Part shown: piece after piece, positions 1 to 8,779 of the stretch
How positions within the stretch are numbered: position 1 is the stretch's first letter
How the letters are laid out: the number at the start of each line of letters is the position of its first letter
From: Candidatus Kapaibacterium sp.
GTDB taxonomy: Bacteria; Patescibacteriota; Patescibacteriia; UBA9934
Direction: 5' to 3'
DNA length: 64,000 nucleotides
NCBI GenBank assembly: GCA_044350705.1
Contig: JBILHA010000001.1
Coordinates: 355,431-419,430 of the forward strand
Program-made: the position numbers and the translations under genes
The notes under the pieces: model-generated
What the model was told of the DNA's origin: nothing
Databases searched by the model: none
What the model saw: only the letters and a program-made list of their open reading frames with translations

Positions 1-1250
1 GCGGCTCATTGATGAGTAGTTTTACCTTTCTATCAAGCAAATCGAGGATCGTTGAATTTTCGTTCAGATTTTCAATCGTATCCCAAAGTAATTTAACTAA
101 AAGGATGTCCTTTGTTTCCGCTAATAATTTTTGATTTTTGGCAGTCAATTTTGTCAGTAATGTCTTTTTGCTCGTCTCATTTTTACCGGAAAAATATTTA
201 TTAATATCATCTTTTGTGAGGTCGTGGATTTTATATTCGGTAATATCCTTGAAATATGTTTTTACTTTTACTTTATTGAGACTCCCAGAGCGGCAAGAAA
301 GTATAATTTTTTTGGTATTATCGTCTTTTTCTAGTTCGTACAAATAGGATAAAACATGGTCGGCTTTTTCGGCACTAAGCTCATCTAATCCGTCCATCAA
401 ATAAATAAACCCCAGTTTTTCATTCCTAACTTTGTAATCATTTTGTCTGTTCCGAATAAGGTTTTCTATAGTATCAAAAGTGCAGTTTTTTAAGTTGATT
501 AACATCGGAACGGCTTTGTTTTTCTGTAAGACTTTTTTAATATCGACCAAACTATTCTTATCTAAACCGGAAAATACTTGAAATAATTTGTGTATGGAAA
601 TGCTTTTACCAGAACCAGGATGGCCTGAAAGTAGAAAGTCTTTTTGTTTTGCCTGCAAAATCTTTTTTGTTATGTCTTCAAGTTTTTCTGTTTTTGAGTT
701 AATAAAAGGAAGGTCAATATATTCAGATGACTGCAAAAAAGTTAAAATTCTTGGATCTGAGCAAGATTTTATAAAGCCAAGTTCATCGCTAAAGTCAAAA
801 TAAAGTTGCGCCAAATCAAGATTTGCGGGTTGGTTCAGCGTCGCTCTGAATTTACTATCAACAAACCATTCAATTTTTATTTTCCCCGCCACTTTTTCAA
901 TATCATCCTTATATTTTGGTTGTTCGCTACCAAAAGATTGATGAGTGAAAATTATAATTCGGTTGAGTTTTTTATAATTTTGCCTCGCTTTTTCTACTGA
1001 TTTCTTAATTTGTTCAATGGAACTAGCTTCTGAAATTTTATTATCAAAAAACTTTGCTTGAAACCCCACATATTCATCTTTTTCATGATCAAAAATCGGA
1101 TATGTCTCAAGTCCAACTTGATTATAATCAACCCGTATCCCTTCTGATTTGGAATATCTGCGACAAAACAAAAAATATGCAAGTTCTTCAAAGCTTTTTC
1201 TATAATCCTCGTTCCTTACCTTGAACTTTTCCCAGCTTATTTTTTGCATA
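1..1250 (-). CDS. STAND NTPase (NACHT-like) with N-terminal Mrr-like PD-(D/E)xK nuclease domain; partial, C-terminus lies outside the window
   Basis: Absent from the ORF track because it has no stop in the window. Manual translation from ATG at 1250 reads MQKISWEKFKVRNEDYRKSFEELAYFLFCRRYSKSEGIRVDYNQVGLETYPIFDHEKDEYVGFQAKFF... with no stop down to position 1. Motifs: Walker A LLSGHPGSGKS, Walker B hhhhDGhDE as IYLMDGLDEL about 68 aa later, and NACHT hhhTSR-type motif IILSCRSGS about 30 aa after that. The N-terminal FEELAYFLF...GLETYPIFD...GFQAKFF resembles the Mrr catalytic core (D...QxK). Confidence 0.6.
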
Positions 1251-1282
1251 ATTACAGCGATTTTCTGGATCTCATTGAGTAC

Positions 1283-1321
1283 CTATACTTTACTATTGTT
1301 TACATGCTTAGTAAAGTATAG
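1283..1321. promoter_or_regulatory. Perfect 13-bp inverted repeat (ctatactttacta-N13-tagtaaagtatag) in the divergent intergenic region, ending 2 nt before the 1324 start codon; putative operator
   Basis: Read directly from the sequence. It lies between the divergent NACHT gene (start 1250) and the 1324 ORF. Confidence 0.4.
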
Positions 1322-1323
1322 CG

Positions 1324-2133
1324 ATGAATATAACTACACAGGCTGAACAAAAACTCATCGTCCAATTTCAAAAATGGTTTGAAACCGAAGAAATCGAGAC
1401 GAAGGTTTTGGAATTAAGGCAACAGATTGGGATACCATCCGAGGGTATTCCCATTACCGACGAAGATTTGAAGCAAATCGGTAGCTTGACCCTAACTCCA
1501 CAAAATCTACCATTCACAGAACGTAGAAAAGTAACCAAGTGTCTTCGTGAATGCTTCGCTGGCACGAGGGAATTTTTAGAAGCACGGCCGCTATTGAATA
1601 ACATGTATTTCAAGCATGTTCTACGGGCATATATCTTGTTTAATAAATTTCTGCTCGATGATGTACGCGCGGCGTTACCAATCGCTCTAAGACTCACGAA
1701 CTTGTGCGACATTAACGATGCGAAGGAAAATATTGAAGAGTATCTTGGTGCTGAAGAAGAGGAATGCAACGATCCAGAGATGCGAGAAATGTATATCGAT
1801 TCGCAAAGATCATTAACCGATCTTTTTCCAATTGCACTTAACATTCATCCAGAGTCAAGTCAACGAGATATTGTTGATTTCATCAAGAAAAACTGGCCAT
1901 ACATTAAAGCTCTACAAGAACGGCGAAAGAACGAAAACTCCAGAGTTCTTCACTCGCGAACCAAAATTAACGAATCAGTTAAAGAACGGAATAAATTGAT
2001 AAACACATGGCACAAAGATGGAATGCGCACTAAGGACATAAGGAAAAAGCTTGCAAGTCAACACCTATTCTTAGATGACGGTCACATTTTGAAGATAATT
2101 TCGATGGCGCGGAAGAAGCGTGAAGGGAAGTGA
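1324..2133 (+). CDS. hypothetical protein (island cargo), predicted mostly helical, no recognisable catalytic motif
   Basis: 269-aa ORF with AT-rich codon usage matching the island. Divergent from the NACHT gene. The antisense ORF 1368-1844 is considered spurious. Confidence 0.5.
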   Translation: MNITTQAEQKLIVQFQKWFETEEIETKVLELRQQIGIPSEGIPITDEDLKQIGSLTLTPQNLPFTERRKVTKCLRECFAGTREFLEARPLLNNMYFKHVLRAYILFNKFLLDDVRAALPIALRLTNLCDINDAKENIEEYLGAEEEECNDPEMREMYIDSQRSLTDLFPIALNIHPESSQRDIVDFIKKNWPYIKALQERRKNENSRVLHSRTKINESVKERNKLINTWHKDGMRTKDIRKKLASQHLFLDDGHILKIISMARKKREGK

Positions 2134-2264
2134 GGTGCAGATAGATTCTGAGCGTCACTTTTTTCTTAGATAAACCATTGTTAACCGGAATAAGCTGAGT
2201 GCAAATGCACTTGGCTTTTATGCTAGAGGATCAAAACTTAAAACCAATCGAAGAGGAGGCGTCA

Positions 2265-2357
2265 ATGCCAGAACTTCCCGAGATAGAAAATCTCGTCGGG
2301 TTTTTTGATCTTCTCATTACAGTCGACAGGCGACTTAACCCTGAACGATATGATTGA
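2265..2357 (+). CDS. 30-aa leader ORF (MPELPEIENLVGFFDLLITVDRRLNPERYD) with strong SD; its stop overlaps the ATG of the downstream gene (ATGATTGA), suggesting translational coupling
   Basis: gaggagg at 2252-2258, five nucleotides, then ATG at 2265. The TGA at 2355-2357 overlaps the candidate ATG at 2350 of the Rep-like gene. Confidence 0.3.
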   Translation: MPELPEIENLVGFFDLLITVDRRLNPERYD

Positions 2358-3468
2358 TACCGTCTGTCTTTCTTTGCCATACAACAGCCTTGTACTTCTT
2401 GATGAAAACAATGAAGCCGTCCCGCAATGGGATCTACAATCTAAGACTGATAATTACTCAAAGTATGTTAGGAATCCTTCCAAGGCTGATAAGCGATCGG
2501 GGCTGTATTTTCCTCGTCTCACGATTTATCGACGTAGATTCGGTCAACAGCCGAGTGTTAAGATTGAGTTTTCTGTTCCAAAGTTAATTTTTAACAACAA
2601 CTTAGAAGAACTATCTGACAAGTACTTTGATCAAGTGATCGATATTTTACAGGAACGACTTCAAAAAATGGGCGTTCGTGTTTTTAAACAGGTTTTAGCC
2701 TCAGCTCCAATTTCAACAATACACTTTTCAAAAAACTTTTCTCTGAGTGATGGTTATACGGCGAGTTACGTTATTTCGGAGTTACAAAAAATCGATTTGA
2801 GAAAGAGTTTCGATTTTGCCAGAGCTAGGTATATCAACAATGGCCAAAGCATCTGTGCCCACACACGGTCACACGAGCTAGTAATCTACGACAAGATCGC
2901 TGATCTTGGCAAAACAAAGAAACGTGCAATAGACAAAGATCAAACAGCGATTCAACTTAGTCTCTTCGACTCCTTGAAATCAAAATATGAATTGGTAGAG
3001 GTTCTCCGTGTTGAAGTGCGTTTATGCAACAAACAGAAAATTAACAGCATCTTCAAGAAGCTGAATATTCCACAAGACCCCACATTTCAAGACGCATTCA
3101 GTAGCAAGGTAAGCAAGGCGGTCATCGATCAGTATTGGGAGTCTGTTGTTAAGGCGGGTCAGATTGCTCTATTCGCAATTGATAAGCCAGCGAAGGAGCT
3201 TTTACGAGAAATGTGCAGAGGGGATCCCAATTTAAAACCCAAGCAAGCGATCTACCAGGTCGGGTTAACGTTACTCGCCAAGGATGGTGACGGATTAACT
3301 GAGCTAAGAAGTATATTTGACGATCGGACAAACGACCGAAGCTGGTACCGAATCAAAAATGATTTCAACCAAATATCCGCCAACATCACTTCGCAACAGA
3401 TCCGCAGCTGGGTAAATCAAATAGAGAAACAGATCAGAACTTATTCACCCATAAAAGTAATAAAATAA
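2305..3468 (+). CDS. hypothetical protein, possibly a Rep_trans-like rolling-circle replication initiator or relaxase (weak, by context); likely true start is ATG 2350
   Basis: 387-aa ORF; the track start is TTG at 2305. It sits immediately upstream of the small ORF, the excisionase and the serine recombinase. No motif could be verified by eye. Confidence 0.45.
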   Translation: MIFSLQSTGDLTLNDMIDTVCLSLPYNSLVLLDENNEAVPQWDLQSKTDNYSKYVRNPSKADKRSGLYFPRLTIYRRRFGQQPSVKIEFSVPKLIFNNNLEELSDKYFDQVIDILQERLQKMGVRVFKQVLASAPISTIHFSKNFSLSDGYTASYVISELQKIDLRKSFDFARARYINNGQSICAHTRSHELVIYDKIADLGKTKKRAIDKDQTAIQLSLFDSLKSKYELVEVLRVEVRLCNKQKINSIFKKLNIPQDPTFQDAFSSKVSKAVIDQYWESVVKAGQIALFAIDKPAKELLREMCRGDPNLKPKQAIYQVGLTLLAKDGDGLTELRSIFDDRTNDRSWYRIKNDFNQISANITSQQIRSWVNQIEKQIRTYSPIKVIK

Positions 3469-3469
3469 T

Positions 3470-3733
3470 ATGGACTGGTTATACATAATTTGGACAGAAA
3501 CATTTCAGCAATTCGCATCGGATAATCTTGGAAGAGAATTGACTGATATTGAGTTAAATCGACTTAGAGTGGCGTTTATTGATAACGACGACGCACAATG
3601 GCAAGTGGCAGATATGATGTATAGCGCTGGAATAGATGCAATGAACAACGCAAGAGGACGATGGAATTTGGTTGATGAAGGTTTCAAGAATGGAAAGTCG
3701 TTGTTTGGTAATTTGATATGTAAAGAAAAGTAA
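3470..3733 (+). CDS. hypothetical small protein (island)
   Basis: 87-aa ORF tightly packed between the Rep-like gene and the excisionase gene. Confidence 0.4.
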   Translation: MDWLYIIWTETFQQFASDNLGRELTDIELNRLRVAFIDNDDAQWQVADMMYSAGIDAMNNARGRWNLVDEGFKNGKSLFGNLICKEK

Positions 3734-3736
3734 AGT

Positions 3737-3931
3737 ATGATGAGTGTAGATATGAGCGATCAACAAGGAAAGTTTTACAAGGCCGAAGAACTTGCAGAGA
3801 TGTTGCAGGTAAATATTATGACGATTTACCGCTACATTAAGTCTGGCAAACTTCAAGCATACAAAATTGGCAAGGAATACAGGATTGATAAAAAGACGTT
3901 TGATCAGTTTTTAAAAAGCGTAAGAACATAG
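3737..3931 (+). CDS. excisionase/Xis-like HTH_17 (MerR-superfamily) DNA-binding protein
   Basis: The sequence EELAEMLQVNIMTIYRYIKSGKLQAYKIGKEYRI matches the HTH_17 excisionase-type motif. It lies immediately upstream of the recombinase. Confidence 0.6.
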   Translation: MMSVDMSDQQGKFYKAEELAEMLQVNIMTIYRYIKSGKLQAYKIGKEYRIDKKTFDQFLKSVRT

Positions 3932-3933
3932 AT

Positions 3934-5502
3934 ATGAAGGCAGTTATTCTTGCACGAGTGTCCACCGAAGAACAAAAGGATGCTGGTAATTCACTTCCAG
4001 CACAGATTCAACGCATTGAATCCTACTGCAGGCGTCAGGGGTTTGAAGTCGTTGAAACGTTCAGCTTCGATGAGAGTGCCTACAAAACTAAGCGTGACGA
4101 ATTCGATAAGATCATTGAATTCCTAAAACAAACGGACGAGAAAATCGTCGTTTGTTTCGATAAGGTCGATCGACTATCACGCAACGTCTTTGACAAGCGA
4201 GTATCCGAACTGTACGAAAAGGCTGTCTCAGATGAGATTGAACTTCACTTCGTGTCCGATGGACAAGTGATCAATAGCCAGATGTCAGCTGTTGAGAAGT
4301 TTCAATTTGGAATGAGCTTGGGATTGGCAAAGTATTACTCAGACGCTATCAGCGACAATGTGCGGCGAGCGTTCGAACAGAAGCGACGTAAAGGCGAAGT
4401 GACTGGTCGATGCGTTCTTGGATATATTAATATTGACGACTTTGAAGGAAACAAATCACTAAAGCCTGATCAGAAGCGTGCGCATCTTATTGTAAAAATC
4501 TTTGAGCTATATTCGACTGGCCTATACTCGATAAAAACCATTCAACAGAAAATCACTCAGCTTGGTTTGTTGAGTCGTGCTGGAAAAGAGTTGACGAAAA
4601 GTACTATAGAACGAATTTTGAATGAGTCGTTTTACTACGGCATGTCTTACTCTCAGAAATATAACGCCTATTATCCGCACAAGTACGAAACGCTGATCAG
4701 TAAGGCTCTCTTCGATAAGTGCCAGCACGTAAAGCTTAAGCGTAAAAAAGCCCCTAGTAAAAACATCGACAAGGATTTTATCCTTGCGGGCTTACTGACT
4801 TGCGAGCATTGCGGATGCACGATCTCGCCCGAGTTCAAACGTAAACCAAGCGGTAAGACCTACAAACTGTATAGCTGCACGAACTCTAAAGGAATCTGTA
4901 AACGTCGTTACGTCAATGAGGATGATCTGCTTAAGCCGATCTATGGCATTTTCGATCTCTTCGAGCAGATTACCGACGAAATTCAGAACCGCCTCATAGA
5001 CGAACTGCGCAAGACCTCTGAAGCTGAGCTTGCATTCCACAAATCTCAGATCGCTCGCATCCAAATGGAGCATGGCAAGCTGACGGATAGGAAGAGCCGA
5101 TTGCTCGACGCCTTCCTCGATCAGAGTATTACTAAGCCAGATTATGACAAAAAGTTGCAAGAGATCATGGACCGCATCCAAACACTTGCCATGGAAATCG
5201 AAGAACATTCTCGAGCAGACCATGATTACAAAACGACGGTAGCCACGGTACTTTCCGTGGCTCGTCGTGCCAATGAAATCTTTGAAGGTGCTGAATTGCA
5301 CGAGAAACGTGAATTCATCAATTTCCTCGTTCAGAACCCGAAATTAAAGGATAGGGAATTGGTCTTCGAGCTGAAACATCCAATGAATACGGTACTAGAA
5401 TTGGCTCACTACTCATCCCAAAAACAAAAAGCGACCAGTATTTCTACTGATCGACCTTCTTGGCTCCGGGGCTGGGGCTCGAACCCAGGACCAATTGGTT
5501 AA
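3934..5502 (+). CDS. large serine recombinase (resolvase catalytic domain, recombinase domain and C-terminal zinc ribbon)
   Basis: The N-terminal MKAVILARVSTEEQ carries the catalytic Ser in the conserved ARVST context. The zinc ribbon reads CEHCGC...YSCTNSKGIC. Total length is 522 aa. The 3' end overlaps tRNA-Asn. Confidence 0.85.
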   Translation: MKAVILARVSTEEQKDAGNSLPAQIQRIESYCRRQGFEVVETFSFDESAYKTKRDEFDKIIEFLKQTDEKIVVCFDKVDRLSRNVFDKRVSELYEKAVSDEIELHFVSDGQVINSQMSAVEKFQFGMSLGLAKYYSDAISDNVRRAFEQKRRKGEVTGRCVLGYINIDDFEGNKSLKPDQKRAHLIVKIFELYSTGLYSIKTIQQKITQLGLLSRAGKELTKSTIERILNESFYYGMSYSQKYNAYYPHKYETLISKALFDKCQHVKLKRKKAPSKNIDKDFILAGLLTCEHCGCTISPEFKRKPSGKTYKLYSCTNSKGICKRRYVNEDDLLKPIYGIFDLFEQITDEIQNRLIDELRKTSEAELAFHKSQIARIQMEHGKLTDRKSRLLDAFLDQSITKPDYDKKLQEIMDRIQTLAMEIEEHSRADHDYKTTVATVLSVARRANEIFEGAELHEKREFINFLVQNPKLKDRELVFELKHPMNTVLELAHYSSQKQKATSISTDRPSWLRGWGSNPGPIG

Positions 5503-5535
5503 CAGCCAACTGCTCTACCACTGAGCTACCCCGGA
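5461..5535 (-). tRNA. tRNA-Asn (anticodon GTT), CCA encoded
   Basis: Reverse complement folds as a canonical cloverleaf: acceptor UCCGGGG/CCCCGGA, D arm GCUC-AGUGGUA-GAGC, anticodon stem GUUGG/CCAAU with loop CUGUUAA, T arm CUGGG-UUCGAGC-CCCAG, discriminator G, then CCA. Confidence 0.9.
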
Positions 5536-5971
5536 ATAGAAAGTTTTGTAACGGGACATAGGATAACAAATGCTCCTTTCTCGTGCAAGGTGAAGATGGG
5601 AAGAAAATATTTCTCTGCGTCGCTTTGCGATGTGATCGCCTATGGTTTGAGGATGTTTGAGGCAGAAACAAAAAAACAAGCCAGTAAAGGTTTGCTTTTT
5701 TGGGGAGCGGTTTGCTTACTTTGCGTTTGCAGTAGCTTCCAATTTGCGCATGCGGATTGCCTTTGCCTTGCGGCGTTTTGCAAATCCGTCTTCACGCTTG
5801 ATGGCAAAAGCGGCATTTTGCGCTTTGCGGGAAAGTTTATGGCGGGATGGCATAAGAGGTAAAAACAATGCAAAGATACTACTTTATTCACCAACTTTGG
5901 TCAAATCTTTCCAAGAGTTTATGGGGAAAAGTGCTTGACGGAATGTCATTTCTTCGCCAAAACAGGGACAT

Positions 5972-7468
5972 ATGCATATTGCCGTTTCAAAAGGCCGTCT
6001 CTCGCAAAGCGGTGCTGAGGTGTTGGTTGTTCCGGTTCTTTCGGGAAAGAGCTTGGCGGGAATTCCGGTATTAGGAAATGATGCGCTGCGACGCGCGGAA
6101 CGTCTGGCAAAGGCGCAGGATTTTACGGGAAAGGCAGGTGAGGTTCTTTCCCTTCCGGCACCTGAAGGGCATGGCGCTGATGTACTGTTGTGTATTGGGG
6201 TGGGAGAGAAGCGTTCCGCATCTTTTTTGGATGCAGTCCGAGATATGGGCGGGAATGCGGTGCAGGTTGCAAAAAAGATGGGCCTTCGTACGATTGCTGC
6301 TGATTTCTCTGCGAAGGAAATGATGCATGCGGATGCGGTGGAAGCTTTTGTGACCGGTATTCTTTTAACGAATTATGCGTTTGATGCGTATAAAAAACAA
6401 AATGGCGCTAAGCGTGTTGCGGAGGTAGATATCCTGCTCCCGGATAGTCGCATGACGCTTGTGCTCCGCAAAACCATCGAGCGTGTCCAGGGGGTGATGG
6501 CGGGCGTGAATATCGCGCGCGATCTCGTTAATATCCCCGCGCATGACATGACACCTGAGCGTTTGGCGGAAGCTGCACAAGAAATTGCAAAAGAATCCGG
6601 AGGAACGATTAAAGTAAAGGTCCTTGAACGTGCGGAGTGTCAGAAGCTGGGTATGGGCGCCTATCTTGCGGTTGCGCAGGGTGCTGATCGTGATCCAAAG
6701 TTCATCACGCTTTCTTATACTTCTCCGCGTCCTGCAAAAAAGAATGTTGCGGTTATTGGAAAGGGAGTGACGTTTGATTCGGGGGGATTATCCATTAAAC
6801 CTGCGGATAGCATGATGACCATGAAGTGTGACATGGCAGGTGCCGCAGCGGTGATCGGATTGTTTGCGGTACTCGGCAAACTCCGTCCTCGGGTAAACAT
6901 TCGTGGGTATATCGCGGCAACGGAAAATATGCCTTCCGGAAACGCGGTTCGCCCAGGGGATGTGGTCCGCTCCATGTCAGGCAAAACGATTGAAGTGCTC
7001 AATACGGATGCAGAAGGTCGTCTCACGCTTGCGGATGCGCTTACCTATGCGTTGCGCGAAAAGCCGGACATGATGGTTGATCTTGCTACTCTTACCGGTG
7101 CTTGTATGGTAGGACTTGGAGAAGAGATCGCAGGTCTCATGTCAAATGATCGCGGTCTTGCGAAGGATGTACTCAAGAGCGCGAAAGATGCGGGAGAGAA
7201 GTTGTGGGAAATGCCGCTTGAACCGCGCTACCAGCAACTGATTCAAAGTGATATTGCTGATTTGCGGAATATTGCAACCAGCAGATATGGAGGATCGCTG
7301 ACCGCTGGACTCTTTTTGCAAGAATTTGTGGAGGAGACGCCATGGGCGCATCTTGATATCGCAGGTCCTGCGTTTGCGGAGCGACCCATGGGCGTATGTC
7401 TTCAGAAGGGCGCTACGGGATATGGAGTACGGACGCTTTGGAAGTGGGTTGAGGGGATGGGGAAGTAG
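5972..7468 (+). CDS. pepA: leucyl aminopeptidase (M17 family)
   Basis: M17 signature NTDAEGRLTLADAL plus the conserved VGKGVTFDSGG region. Confidence 0.85.
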   Translation: MHIAVSKGRLSQSGAEVLVVPVLSGKSLAGIPVLGNDALRRAERLAKAQDFTGKAGEVLSLPAPEGHGADVLLCIGVGEKRSASFLDAVRDMGGNAVQVAKKMGLRTIAADFSAKEMMHADAVEAFVTGILLTNYAFDAYKKQNGAKRVAEVDILLPDSRMTLVLRKTIERVQGVMAGVNIARDLVNIPAHDMTPERLAEAAQEIAKESGGTIKVKVLERAECQKLGMGAYLAVAQGADRDPKFITLSYTSPRPAKKNVAVIGKGVTFDSGGLSIKPADSMMTMKCDMAGAAAVIGLFAVLGKLRPRVNIRGYIAATENMPSGNAVRPGDVVRSMSGKTIEVLNTDAEGRLTLADALTYALREKPDMMVDLATLTGACMVGLGEEIAGLMSNDRGLAKDVLKSAKDAGEKLWEMPLEPRYQQLIQSDIADLRNIATSRYGGSLTAGLFLQEFVEETPWAHLDIAGPAFAERPMGVCLQKGATGYGVRTLWKWVEGMGK

Positions 7469-7529
7469 TTGGGTTGAAGAAAAGAGACTTTCGACGTATG
7501 CTGTCTTTAGTCTTTTTTCTTATCTTGTT

Positions 7530-8765
7530 ATGCATCCTGTCTTCAAAAATACGTACGTTTTTACGGCTATTGGTGCCATTGTCCTTGGCGCACTTCTTTA
7601 TGGAGGGAAGCAGTATCTTGCTGCGCGTGAGCTCGCACGTCTTGAGGAAAATCGTATCGAAGGTGGATGGTATGAGACGCCGGTTTCTTTTGAGGGAGCA
7701 TGGCACCTCGTTCCTCCGGGTGAGATTTATTCTTCTGGTATTGAGGAGGGGGATATTCCTGCGCTCACACAGCCAAATCTCATGAGCGTTGATGAAGCGG
7801 ACGACGTTATTGCTGATGACCTTGGAGGTATCGCGGTAGAAATCCAGGGCAAGCATCGCTTTTATCCGGTGCAGATCATGAATTGGCACGAAGTCGTGCA
7901 CGATACCATTGGTGGGGAATCCGTTTTGGTGTACTACGGACCGCTTACCGGAGCTGCGGCAGTGTATCGGCTTCCAGAAAATATGCGTTTTGTGGTGAGT
8001 GGTCGTGGGTATAACAACGATATCCTTTTGAAACAGGAAGGTACTGAGACCCTTTGGTCCGGCATTTTGGGTATGCCTGTTGTAAGCAGCCGTGAAGCTG
8101 ACCTTGATGCATCTCTTGAGCGCCTTCCATCTTCTTTCATGACTTGGAAGGAATGGCGTGATGCACATCCCGATGGAACGGTTCTTTCTACGGATACCGG
8201 GCATGCGCGCGACTATACACGTCATCCTTACGGAAATTATGAAAATTCCGTTGGCGTATATTTCCCGGTAAATCGTACGACCTATTCCGTTCGTGCAAAA
8301 GAACCTGCATATCTTGTGCAAAGCGAAGGTGCATTTGGTGTTTTTGTTAAAACTGCAACGATACTTGATGAAACTCCGTCGGTTCTTCTTGGAGATGCCT
8401 GTATTGTTGGCTTGCATGAAGCATCTGGCTCGCAAATTTTCTTGTATTCTTGTGAAGTGAATGGCCGTACGCTTACGTTCCGTCGTGTTGAACCGGGTGT
8501 ATTTACCGATGAAGAAACGGGTTCTCGTTGGAATGCATCGGGCCGCGCAGTATCCGGTGAACTTACGGGTGCGCAACTTACCGTTGTTCCTTCAGTACGC
8601 TTGTATAGTTTTATTGCCGATGCATTGTTCCCTCAAGCGGTAATTGCGGGTGAGGAATTTGTACTTCCGCAAACACTTTCTGAAGATGAAATTTCCTCCG
8701 CTGATAATGCTCCGGTTATAGAAGGAGAGAATGTTGATGGTGCAACGGTTGAAGTTGTTCAGTAG
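7530..8765 (+). CDS. DUF3179 domain-containing membrane-anchored protein
   Basis: N-terminal TM helix MHPVFKNTYVFTAIGAIVLGALLY. The core HEVVHDTIGGESVLVYYGPLTGAAAVY...FVVSGRGYNNDILL...TGHARDYTRHPYGNY fits the DUF3179 pattern. The track ORF starts earlier at 7326 and overlaps the pepA end. Confidence 0.6.
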   Translation: MHPVFKNTYVFTAIGAIVLGALLYGGKQYLAARELARLEENRIEGGWYETPVSFEGAWHLVPPGEIYSSGIEEGDIPALTQPNLMSVDEADDVIADDLGGIAVEIQGKHRFYPVQIMNWHEVVHDTIGGESVLVYYGPLTGAAAVYRLPENMRFVVSGRGYNNDILLKQEGTETLWSGILGMPVVSSREADLDASLERLPSSFMTWKEWRDAHPDGTVLSTDTGHARDYTRHPYGNYENSVGVYFPVNRTTYSVRAKEPAYLVQSEGAFGVFVKTATILDETPSVLLGDACIVGLHEASGSQIFLYSCEVNGRTLTFRRVEPGVFTDEETGSRWNASGRAVSGELTGAQLTVVPSVRLYSFIADALFPQAVIAGEEFVLPQTLSEDEISSADNAPVIEGENVDGATVEVVQ

Positions 8766-8779
8766 CGCTTAAGAGCAGA

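Larger units (their letters stand above)
1..5502. mobile_element. Integrated element (partial; extends beyond window start) inserted at the 3' end of tRNA-Asn; low-GC island carrying serine recombinase, excisionase-like HTH, Rep-like gene and a NACHT/Mrr-like STAND NTPase
   Basis: By-eye GC of 1-5460 is about 33-35% versus about 50% in the flanking host genes. The recombinase gene 3934-5502 overlaps the last 42 nt of tRNA-Asn (5461-5535), as is typical for tRNA-targeting integrative elements. The genes at 2265-5502 are tightly packed. Confidence 0.6.

Noticed and set aside
1368-1844. 158-aa minus-strand ORF
   Set aside because: It lies wholly inside, and antisense to, the 269-aa island gene, which has the better coding signal.
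3554-3856. 100-aa minus-strand ORF across the 3470 ORF and the excisionase gene
   Set aside because: Antisense to the tightly packed island operon. Its AT-rich composition gives chance ORFs.
5590-5938. Overlapping 84-93-aa ORFs on both strands between the tRNA and pepA
   Set aside because: Cys- and Phe-rich low-complexity translations of the TTTGC repeat array, with no SDs. Treated as non-coding.
7413-8576. 387-aa minus-strand ORF
   Set aside because: Antisense shadow of the DUF3179 gene. Basic low-complexity sequence with no motifs.
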